The notes beneath the pieces were generated by a model. The model did not search any database. It saw only the letters and a list, made by a program, of their open reading frames with translations, and had not been told where the DNA came from. From Deltaproteobacteria bacterium (GTDB taxonomy: Bacteria > Myxococcota > JACRCW01): 20,000 bases of DNA. The position numbers were made by a program, and so were the translations under genes. Positions 1 to 7,591 of this stretch are shown piece after piece (within the stretch, counting starts at the first letter, position 1; each line of letters opens with the position of its first letter). The stretch spans positions 51,609-71,608 of the forward strand of contig JACRCW010000081.1 of assembly GCA_016218805.1 (NCBI GenBank). Reading direction: 5' to 3'.

Positions 1-190
1 GCGCATCCGCCGGGAAGTCCAGCAGCGTGGTGGCTCCGTCCCGCAGTGAGAATGAACGCCCGTCCGCCGCCACGTGTACGGACACCGTGCCGGCGCGGAC
101 CTCCGGGCCGGTGGGGTCCGGTGGCTGCTCCCGGCCGGTGCAGGCGGTGAGCAGGACGGGGAGGAGCGCGGCGCGAAGGTGGGGTGCCAT
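1..190 (-). CDS. Lipoprotein of unknown function, N-terminal part only (runs off the left edge)
   Basis: Manual translation from ATG at 190: MAPHLRAALLPVLLTAC-TGREQPPDPTGPEVRAGTVSVHVAADGRSFSLRDGATTLLDFPADA..., open to position 1. Short signal peptide with LTAC lipobox; co-oriented 48 nt downstream of the 239..1105 gene. Not in the ORF track because it is truncated. Confidence 0.72.
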   Translation of the reverse strand, partial: MAPHLRAALLPVLLTACTGREQPPDPTGPEVRAGTVSVHVAADGRSFSLRDGATTLLDFPADA

Positions 191-238
191 CAGCGGCGCG
201 GTGTGCCTGCGTTGCGCGCGCGGCGCAAGGGCGCCGCG

Positions 239-1105
239 TCAGGGTGTGCAGTCCGTCCACGCAATGAGGTGCGTGGACAGGCCGCATCCGTCGCCGGTGG
301 TGTACCAGCCCTCGGAACGCGTACCCACGGCGTCGCATGACGGGAATTCGCCCGCGCAGCGCGCGTGGCACAGCAGCTCACCGGAGCAGGTGTCATACCA
401 GCCCTCACTGAACGACCCCGCTTCCATGCACACCGGCGGGCACAGCCACGTGGGCATGCAGCAGGACGTGCCCAGGCCGCCGCCGCATGACCACGCGCCC
501 GACATGATCCCGGCCGGGCACGCGTTGGGCACCACCGCCACACACTGGCCGCCCGCCGCCTCGCACGGCAGGGTCCCGGCGTCGGGCAGCGGGGGAACGC
601 CGCCATCGCCCGTGGTGCACGCCACCACCGTCGTGCCGGCACAACCCGCGTTGCACGCGTTGCAGTAGCGCTGCCCATCGGCTCCGCACACCCAGTACTC
701 GGGCGCCGGGCACCCCACGCCGCACTGCTCCACGCAACTGCCCGCGTCGGGCGTGGTGCCACCGTCAGCCGGCGTGCCGGCGTCCGGGCAGTCCACCACC
801 GTGGTGCCGCTGCACGCGGCAAAACACGCGGTGCAGTAGCGGTTCCCATCCTGGCCGCACACCCAGTACTCCGGTGCCGGGCATCCCGTGCCGCACGCCT
901 CCACGCAGGACTGCACCGTGGAGGATGACTGGCCGCCACCCGAGCTGGCCGTGGCCCCGGAGGACGGGCCCGCCGCGGAGGACGACGCCACGCCGCCCGA
1001 GGAGCCGCCGCCGGACGACGACGATGACGATGATGACGACGAACCACCGCCACCGGTGCAGGCGGCGAGGAAAGCGGAAAACGCGACGGTCAGGACACGG
1101 TTCAA
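239..1105 (-). CDS. Cys-rich modular lipoprotein: Ser/Gly linker, two Kazal-like units, a 6-Cys small domain and two SEGWY repeats (288 aa)
   Basis: In frame with ORF 239..1447. GGAGGT SD lies 5 nt before a TTG at 1105, giving MNRVLTVAFSAFLAAC (lipobox LAAC). Two units CPAPEYWVCGxDGxRYCxAC resemble the Kazal VCGxDGxTY core. Confidence 0.82.
   Translation of the reverse strand: MNRVLTVAFSAFLAACTGGGGSSSSSSSSSSGGGSSGGVASSSAAGPSSGATASSGGGQSSSTVQSCVEACGTGCPAPEYWVCGQDGNRYCTACFAACSGTTVVDCPDAGTPADGGTTPDAGSCVEQCGVGCPAPEYWVCGADGQRYCNACNAGCAGTTVVACTTGDGGVPPLPDAGTLPCEAAGGQCVAVVPNACPAGIMSGAWSCGGGLGTSCCMPTWLCPPVCMEAGSFSEGWYDTCSGELLCHARCAGEFPSCDAVGTRSEGWYTTGDGCGLSTHLIAWTDCTP
617..910 (-). repeat. Intragenic duplication of a 123-nt (41-aa) Kazal-like unit, copies 788..910 and 617..739
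   Basis: SCVEACGTGCPAPEYWVCGQDGNRYCTACFAACSGTTVVDC vs SCVEQCGVGCPAPEYWVCGADGQRYCNACNAGCAGTTVVAC; shared DNA such as ccgcacacccagtactc. Confidence 0.9.
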
Positions 1106-1142
1106 GTCACACCTCCAGGAACAGGCCGGCGCGGAGGCTAGC

Positions 1143-1189
1143 GCGCACCGCCAGCGGAACGAACGGACCGGTTCACAGCAACGCACGGT
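1143..1189 (+). repeat. 47-bp imperfect direct repeat, left copy
   Basis: gcgcaccgccagcggaacgaacggaccggttcacagcaacgcacggt; 43/47 identical, ungapped, to 6782..6828. Confidence 0.9.
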
Positions 1190-1392
1190 GGCCCCGGAAA
1201 GGGGAACGCCATGGCCCGCGCTGTCGGTGGTGGACGAAGACGACGGGGAGCACCCGCAGCGGCGCGTGTACGCATTCGATGCCATCGACGGGACGTTGGG
1301 ATCCCGGTGGCGGCTTCCCGCGACCGCATCCATTGCCTTGCCGACGGTACATGCCGGTGATGAGATGCGCCGTCCGTCGACGGAGGTCTCCG

Positions 1393-4300
1393 ATGAGCAG
1401 GTTCGCGTTCCCGTGGCTGGTTGCCGTCCTGATGCTCGCCGGAGCATGCACGTCCAACCGTACCGACACCCGCGTGGTCATCACCGGACGCGTGCAGCTC
1501 ACTGCTATACCGGGGCTGAACGACATGAGCCGCGTGCGCATTGACATCGGTCGCGGCGAAGGCGGCGTGGTGCCCGACGCGGACGGGCAGTTCGAACTGT
1601 CCGACCTTGAACCGGACGTGTACACGCTTGTCATCACGTTCACAGGGGGACTGACGCCGCAGGCGTCACGGTCCGCGTACCGGCGGCACGAGCTGCGCGT
1701 CGTGGGGCGCAGCGGTGGCGACATCAACCTGGGGACACTGGTGCTGCAGCTCGCCACCGGGCGGGTGACCGGCCGCGTGGAACAGACGGACGGGCGGGAC
1801 CCCGCGGGCGCCACCGCGTCGCTGCGGACCATGGATGGGAAGACGCTGCAGGCACCGGTCACCGGTGGCCTGTATGTGCTGGAGAGCGTGCCCGTCGGTG
1901 AGCACTCCGTGACCGTCACCAAGCCGCTGTACGCGGCGGGATCGGCGCAGCCGCAGTGTGCGCCGCTGGTGGCCGTGGTGGAGGAGGATGCCGTCGTGGA
2001 GGCGACCCCGATGGTGCTCGCGCCGACGGCGGTGGGCCTGGTGCCGGGTGCGGTGGGCATTCTCGATACCGAGGGAACCACCTGGTACCTGCAGCGCGAC
2101 GCAACCGGCGTGGCCGTGCGGGTGCTGTCCACCTACGCCACGCAGGGCCGCGTGTGGCTGGCCAGCGGCGGCACGCTGAGCGGGGACGGCGGCGTCGTGC
2201 CCTTCACCGCCTTTCAGCCCGATGGCTACGTCGTGGACGTCCCCGACGGGCGGTCGACGGTGCTGCTGCAGTTCGCCGACCGCTGCGGCTACGAGTCCCC
2301 GGTCTATTCGCTGACCATCATCCGTGACCGGACGGCTCCGCGTCTTGACCTGGTGATGCTGAACGGCGGCGCGCCGTTCATCACCGCGCCCACCACGCGC
2401 ATGCTGGTCGTCGCCACGGATGAGCTGGACGGTCCGCTGGAACTGCGCCGCGCGTTGTGCACGGTGCCCGCCTTGGGTGCCGTCCCGCAGTGCACCCTGC
2501 CGCTGGAAGCATCGCCATGGGATGCGTACCAGGCGGATGACAACGTCACGTTCGACCCCCAGCAGGGCGGAAAGGCCGTGCAGGTCCAGGTGCGCGACCG
2601 GTCCGGAAACGTCTCGGAGATCGCCACCGCGCTCGTGACGCTGGACTCGCTGCCACCGGTGAATCCGCTCGTGGTGATCGGCAACGGAAGTGAACTGGTG
2701 AGCACGAACCGCGTGGTGGTCACCGTCCAGGCCGAGGGCGCCACGCGGATGAAGGTGGGTCCGGTATCCGGGCTCGCCGGGGTGGCATGGCAACCCATGG
2801 TGGCGACGTTCCCGGTTGACCTGCCGGGCACGGATGGTGAGAAGCGCGTATACGCGGTGTTTGCGGACGACGCGGGCAACGAGACGGGCGAGGTCTCCGG
2901 CCGCGCGGTGCTGGACGCGACGCCGCCGTCCGCGCCGTTGGTGACGCTGGGCGATCCGGCCAGCGCGCCGTGGGTGAGCGACGCGTACGCGCCGCTCGTG
3001 GTCCTGACGACGGACGATGACCGCGCCACCCTCACGCTGCGCCTCCGCGGGGACACCGCCGGTGGCGCCCGGGACTACGGGTGGAGCGCCATCCCGTCAC
3101 ACGTGGACCTGGCAAAGGGCGATGGCAGCAAGCGCGTGCTGGCCAGCCTGGTGGACCGCGCGGGCAACGAGAGCCCGGTCACGGAGACGGTGGTCCAGCT
3201 GGACACGTTGGCCCCACTGGTGAGGAGCGTCGTCGTCAACAACGGCGCGGAATACACCGGAGCCGCCCTGCTCGTGCTGGCCCTGGACGTGACGGGCGCG
3301 GCGGAAATGCGCATCCAATGCGATGGCGCGTTTGACACCGAGACGTGGGGGCAAGCGGCCGCGGACGCGGACTGTCCCGCCCCGGTGGGCGACGGGCTGA
3401 AGACCGTTCGCGGGATGTTCCGCGACGCTGCGGGGAACACCGTGACGGTGACGGCGCGTCCGGTCGTGCTGGACACGCTCGGGCCCGCCGGCACGCTGGA
3501 GGTGGCCGGGCTGACCTCCACGTCCACAGGCTTCCGCACGCGCGAGCCTTTTGTGGACCTGCTGATGACGGCGCTGGACCCGCCGGCCGGGACGCGCAGT
3601 GGCAGCGGCACGCGCTGGATGAAGGTCTGGAATGGCTCGGGCAGTGAGCCGGCGGATTGGCTGGAGTTCCGCCCCAGCATGCGCTGGCAGCTCCCGACGG
3701 GTGACGGGCCCAAGGAGATCCACCTCAAGCTGGCGGACGGCGTGGGGAATCCGAGCACCACGGCCATCACCGCGTCCCTGACGCTGGACCAGACGCCCCC
3801 GACGCTACCGCGCCTGGCCGCACTGCCCGCCGCCACGTCGGCCGCCGCGGTGCTGCCCGCGCTGGACACGCCATCCACCGACGTGCACTCGGCGCCGGTC
3901 ACCTACCAGTTGCGCGTGGATCCCAGCTCACCAACGTGGACCACCGTCACCTTCCCGCTGGTCACCCCCGTGCCGCTTGCCGCGGGCGAACGCAACCTGG
4001 TGCGCCTGCGCTCCCTTGACGCTGCGGGCAACGTCTCCGCCGAGGATGCCGCCGCGGTGGTCCAGGATGCCACGGGTCCACGGGAGCCCGTTCTGCTCGT
4101 CTCGCGCCAGCACGTGAACGCCACCACGGCGTCCGTGACCATCGTGAACCCGGACCCGGATGACGCCGGCCTGCGGTTCGAGGGATGCACCGAGAACATC
4201 CCGGCCACGGCGACCTGCAGCCGGACCTGCACGCCGGTGGACCTGCCCTCCAGCGTGGTGCTGTCACTGTCCGCGGGTGGGAAGACGTGTGTGTTCGCGC

Positions 4301-6777
4301 GTTCGGTGGACGCGGCGCAGAACGCCAGTGGACTCGCCGTGACGTGGTTGATCAGCGACCTGTCCGCCCCGCGTCCGCCGGACCTGGCCCCGCGGTTTGA
4401 CCCGTCCGCGCTGACGGTGCGGGCGCCACGGGTGGACCTGTTTCTTGCCGGCCCGGCCACGGACCTGCCGCTGGGCGGACCGGGTAACCCGTACAAAGGC
4501 GTTGCCCACCTGGAGGTGGACGACGGCGCAGGTTTCTCCCCGCTGTGCCCGGGCTTCATCACGGACGAGGCGTGGGACCCGTGCCGCGCGGTCTCACCGT
4601 GCACGGACCCACGCCTGCGCTGCACCGGCACCACGCCGTCGGCGGTGAACGTGGCGCTGGTGGCCGGGCTGGCCAACCGGGTCGCGGTGCGCGCGGTGGA
4701 CCTGGCCGGCAACGTCGGTGACGGCGTCAGCCAGGTGATTGCCACGGAGAGCGACGAGCCGGCGGGCCTGGCGGCGGGCAGCCAGGAGGCGCCGCACCTG
4801 TGGGGAACCACGCTCGCCTGGCAGACGCGGAACACGGGCTTCTCCGTCGTGGAACTGGGGACCAACCGCCGCGTGGACACCACGGACCCGCAGTGCGGAC
4901 AGAGCACGTTCGGGTCTTTCAGGGTGACCGCGTCCCCGGGCGCGGCCGGCGTGGCGTACCTGGATGGCCAGGACGTGAAGCTGCGCCGACGTGGCGCCGA
5001 CGGGCTGCTGTGCACGGCGGACGATCCGGCGGACCTGGTCCTGTACACGTCCCCCGCGGGTGCACTGAAGGAGGTGTCGCTGTCCGGTGGACGCGTGGCC
5101 TTTGTGGAGACGGCCTACGATGTCCCGTCGCGCCTCACCACCGCCGATGTCCGGGTGAAGGAGGCGGGCCCCGACGGGGTTTTCGGCACTACTGATGACA
5201 CCACCGTGGTGGTGAGCCACAGCACGTATTCGGGGAATGACCCGTCCGGGCTCAGCCTGGCGGGCGCGTGCCTGCTGTGGAGCGGACCGCCCTCTTCCGA
5301 CGTGGACGGGTGGCAGGTCGTCTGCACAGCATCGAGCTTCGCGAGTCCGCTGGGTTCCCACTCGTTCACGGCCGCGGCCGCGGCGTTGGCAGCGGACGGG
5401 CTTGCCCTGGTGCGCGGCGTGTTTGACCCGTTCCCCGTGCCAACGTTGTGGTTACACCGCCGCGCGGCCGGCACGCTGTTCAACGGGACGGGCGTGCGCC
5501 GTGACTACCCGGCGGGGGCGGCCACGCAGTCCTACGGATGGTCGGTGGCGGTGGACGGCGTGCACGTTGCGAGCCTTGAGCAGGCGACCGAGGGAGCGCT
5601 GGGCCGGATCACCGACTGGAACGCGGGACCGGACGGCGCATTCGGCAGTGGCGACGACGATCTCCGCCGCCTGGCCCCCGCCTCCGTCACGCGCCTGGGC
5701 GCCTCGCTGGCGGGCGGGCTGCTGGTGTTCTCCTCCGGCGGTGACAGCGCGCGCGACATCCTGTCCATGGACCTCACCACGATGCGGTGGGAGTCCGTGG
5801 GCACCACCGCCGCCCACGTCCACCCCGTCCTGAACGGCGCGGGCACGCTCGTGTTCCAGCGCGGGCAGGACCTCGTTGCGCGGTCGCCGTCCGGACGGGA
5901 GACCGTGCGGGAGAGCGTTGGTGGTGCGTTCTCCGGGCACGGGATGGCCGCGTCGGGGGAGTTCCTGCTGCTGGCGGAGGCGCCGCCGTCCACGCCCGGC
6001 AGCCCGCAGCCCACGCTGTTCCGCGCCGGCACCGACGGACTGTTCTTCACCGACGACGACCCGGCACCGGCCGTCCACGACATAGCGGGAACGCGCCACG
6101 GGGCGTACCTGGGCGGCGGCAAGGGCATGGTGGTGCACGCTTCGCCCGTGGATGGCCTGCCTGAGCCCGTTGTGTTGGAGCCCGGGACCGGTCCGCTGGA
6201 GCTGGCCACGCAGGTGTCGTTGGGAACGGGATGCTCGGAGGGGGCCAACTCATACTGGGGTGGCATCTCACGGCGGCACGCCATGTGGGATTCCGGCAAC
6301 TGGGCCATCTGCATCCACGACGCAGGACCGGACGAGGAGTTCGGCACCGGGGATGACCTGCCCTCGGCAAAGCTGGGCTCGTGGAACAACGTCCGGTTCG
6401 CGTGGATGGATGAGCGCCGGATGGTGATCAACACGCAGTTCACCGGTGAACTGTCCGTCGTGGACACGGGCCCGGACGGCCGCTTCAACACCGCGGATGA
6501 CGTCACCACGCCCATCCCGCTCCACGGACGACAGGCGATGCACGTGGCGCTGGCGGGGAACGCGCTGGCGTACGTGGCCACGCCATCCGGCACGGAGGGC
6601 GCGCAGGTGTACCTCCACGATCTCGCCACGGGACGGGCGACGCAGCTGACGTCGCACCACTCCAGCAAGTGGACGTCCGAAGGCTACGCCATGCAGCTCG
6701 CCGTTGATGCGTCCGGGCGGACGGTGTGGACGGACACCCTGTTCCCGTACCCGTCACTGTTCGTGCACATCCCCTGA
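1393..6777 (+). CDS. Large secreted/surface protein, probably a lipoprotein (1794 aa): N-terminal carboxypeptidase-regulatory-like beta-sandwiches, ~9 Ig-like repeats, C-terminal beta-propeller-like region
   Basis: ORF 874..6777; true start placed at ATG 1393 (GGAGG at 1382-1386; MSRFAFPWLVAVLMLAGAC signal peptide). Recurrent DxAGN..S...LDxxxP units (VRDRSGNVS, FADDAGNET, LVDRAGNES, FRDAAGNTV, LADGVGNPS, SLDAAGNVS, SVDAAQNAS, AVDLAGNVG, FADRCGYES). C-terminal QVYLHDLATGRATQLT is propeller-blade-like. Confidence 0.88.
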   Translation: MSRFAFPWLVAVLMLAGACTSNRTDTRVVITGRVQLTAIPGLNDMSRVRIDIGRGEGGVVPDADGQFELSDLEPDVYTLVITFTGGLTPQASRSAYRRHELRVVGRSGGDINLGTLVLQLATGRVTGRVEQTDGRDPAGATASLRTMDGKTLQAPVTGGLYVLESVPVGEHSVTVTKPLYAAGSAQPQCAPLVAVVEEDAVVEATPMVLAPTAVGLVPGAVGILDTEGTTWYLQRDATGVAVRVLSTYATQGRVWLASGGTLSGDGGVVPFTAFQPDGYVVDVPDGRSTVLLQFADRCGYESPVYSLTIIRDRTAPRLDLVMLNGGAPFITAPTTRMLVVATDELDGPLELRRALCTVPALGAVPQCTLPLEASPWDAYQADDNVTFDPQQGGKAVQVQVRDRSGNVSEIATALVTLDSLPPVNPLVVIGNGSELVSTNRVVVTVQAEGATRMKVGPVSGLAGVAWQPMVATFPVDLPGTDGEKRVYAVFADDAGNETGEVSGRAVLDATPPSAPLVTLGDPASAPWVSDAYAPLVVLTTDDDRATLTLRLRGDTAGGARDYGWSAIPSHVDLAKGDGSKRVLASLVDRAGNESPVTETVVQLDTLAPLVRSVVVNNGAEYTGAALLVLALDVTGAAEMRIQCDGAFDTETWGQAAADADCPAPVGDGLKTVRGMFRDAAGNTVTVTARPVVLDTLGPAGTLEVAGLTSTSTGFRTREPFVDLLMTALDPPAGTRSGSGTRWMKVWNGSGSEPADWLEFRPSMRWQLPTGDGPKEIHLKLADGVGNPSTTAITASLTLDQTPPTLPRLAALPAATSAAAVLPALDTPSTDVHSAPVTYQLRVDPSSPTWTTVTFPLVTPVPLAAGERNLVRLRSLDAAGNVSAEDAAAVVQDATGPREPVLLVSRQHVNATTASVTIVNPDPDDAGLRFEGCTENIPATATCSRTCTPVDLPSSVVLSLSAGGKTCVFARSVDAAQNASGLAVTWLISDLSAPRPPDLAPRFDPSALTVRAPRVDLFLAGPATDLPLGGPGNPYKGVAHLEVDDGAGFSPLCPGFITDEAWDPCRAVSPCTDPRLRCTGTTPSAVNVALVAGLANRVAVRAVDLAGNVGDGVSQVIATESDEPAGLAAGSQEAPHLWGTTLAWQTRNTGFSVVELGTNRRVDTTDPQCGQSTFGSFRVTASPGAAGVAYLDGQDVKLRRRGADGLLCTADDPADLVLYTSPAGALKEVSLSGGRVAFVETAYDVPSRLTTADVRVKEAGPDGVFGTTDDTTVVVSHSTYSGNDPSGLSLAGACLLWSGPPSSDVDGWQVVCTASSFASPLGSHSFTAAAAALAADGLALVRGVFDPFPVPTLWLHRRAAGTLFNGTGVRRDYPAGAATQSYGWSVAVDGVHVASLEQATEGALGRITDWNAGPDGAFGSGDDDLRRLAPASVTRLGASLAGGLLVFSSGGDSARDILSMDLTTMRWESVGTTAAHVHPVLNGAGTLVFQRGQDLVARSPSGRETVRESVGGAFSGHGMAASGEFLLLAEAPPSTPGSPQPTLFRAGTDGLFFTDDDPAPAVHDIAGTRHGAYLGGGKGMVVHASPVDGLPEPVVLEPGTGPLELATQVSLGTGCSEGANSYWGGISRRHAMWDSGNWAICIHDAGPDEEFGTGDDLPSAKLGSWNNVRFAWMDERRMVINTQFTGELSVVDTGPDGRFNTADDVTTPIPLHGRQAMHVALAGNALAYVATPSGTEGAQVYLHDLATGRATQLTSHHSSKWTSEGYAMQLAVDASGRTVWTDTLFPYPSLFVHIP

Positions 6778-6781
6778 TCCA

Positions 6782-6828
6782 GCGCACCGCCAGCGGAACG
6801 GCCGGACCGGTTCACGGCAACGCAAGGT
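6782..6828 (+). repeat. 47-bp imperfect direct repeat, right copy
   Basis: gcgcaccgccagcggaacggccggaccggttcacggcaacgcaaggt; starts 5 nt after the stop of the large gene and overlaps the last 17 nt, including the TGA, of the 6812..7084 gene. Confidence 0.9.
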
Positions 6829-7084
6829 CCACCAGCCACAGCGCGCAGGTGAGGGCATGCAGGCGCATGGCGCATGTCCGGACGACGCCCGTCCGCCGCC
6901 GTGCCACCAGCCAGCCGAGCAGCGGCACGGTGGCGGCCCACAGCGGCCAGGCGTTCTGGAAGGTGTTGCCCGGCACGTCACGCGCCGTCACGCGCACCAG
7001 GCCCCACCACAGCACGCCAAGCTGCAGCGCCGCCGTGGCAAACATCCACGCGGCATCCCACGCGGTGAGGGCCGGCGCGCCCAC
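6812..7084 (-). CDS. Small Trp-rich membrane protein (90 aa)
   Basis: GTG start directly abuts the yajQ stop (TGA-GTG); two to three hydrophobic segments; fills the gap between yajQ and the repeat. Confidence 0.6.
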   Translation of the reverse strand: MGAPALTAWDAAWMFATAALQLGVLWWGLVRVTARDVPGNTFQNAWPLWAATVPLLGWLVARRRTGVVRTCAMRLHALTCALWLVDLALP

Positions 7085-7576
7085 TCAGTCCCGGAAGTTG
7101 TTGAACTGCAGCACCAGGGACAGCTGTTCCTGCTGGCCGCGCAGCAGGTTCATGGCCGCCTGCAGTTCGTCCTTCTGCTTGCCCGCCACGCGCACGGCGT
7201 CACCCTGGATGGACGCCTGCACCTTCAGCTTGCTGTCACGGATGAGCGCCTGGATCTCTTTTGCCTTCTCCTGGGCAATGCCCTGCTTGAGTTTGATGAG
7301 CTGGCGCACCTGCTGGTTGCCCACGCCTTCCACCTTCTGCTCGTCCAGGAACGTGAGGCTCACGCCGCGCTTGCTCAGGCGCGCGTACAGCACTTCCAGC
7401 GCTGCCTTGCACTTCTCCTCGCTGTTGGTGCGGATGACAATGTCCTCCCCCGCGCGCTCCAGTGACGTGTTGGTGCCGCGGAAATCGTACCGGCCCACAA
7501 TCTCCTTGCGGGCCTGGTCCACGGCGTTCTCCACCTCGTGCTTCTGGTAGTTGGACACGACGTCAAATGAGGGCAT
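7085..7576 (-). CDS. yajQ: YajQ family nucleotide/cyclic-di-GMP-binding protein
   Basis: MPSFDVVS...EVENAVDQA.KEI..RYDFRGT; KLKQGI; KLKVQASIQGDAVRVAGK.KDELQ; C-terminal LQFNNFRD. AGGAG SD 6 nt before ATG 7576. Confidence 0.96.
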   Translation of the reverse strand: MPSFDVVSNYQKHEVENAVDQARKEIVGRYDFRGTNTSLERAGEDIVIRTNSEEKCKAALEVLYARLSKRGVSLTFLDEQKVEGVGNQQVRQLIKLKQGIAQEKAKEIQALIRDSKLKVQASIQGDAVRVAGKQKDELQAAMNLLRGQQEQLSLVLQFNNFRD

Positions 7577-7591
7577 CACAGGCTCCTGGGT

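Noticed and set aside
874..1392. N-terminal 173 codons of the 1967-aa ORF
   Set aside because: Arg-rich shadow translation overlapping the opposite-strand lipoprotein gene; SD and signal peptide point to ATG 1393.
1106..1447. N-terminal extension of ORF 239..1447
   Set aside because: Overlaps the large gene's start; SD plus TTG and a lipobox support a start at 1105.
1143..6828. Calling the cassette a transposon or prophage
   Set aside because: No transposase, integrase, terminal inverted repeats or phage genes are visible; only the direct repeats are supported.
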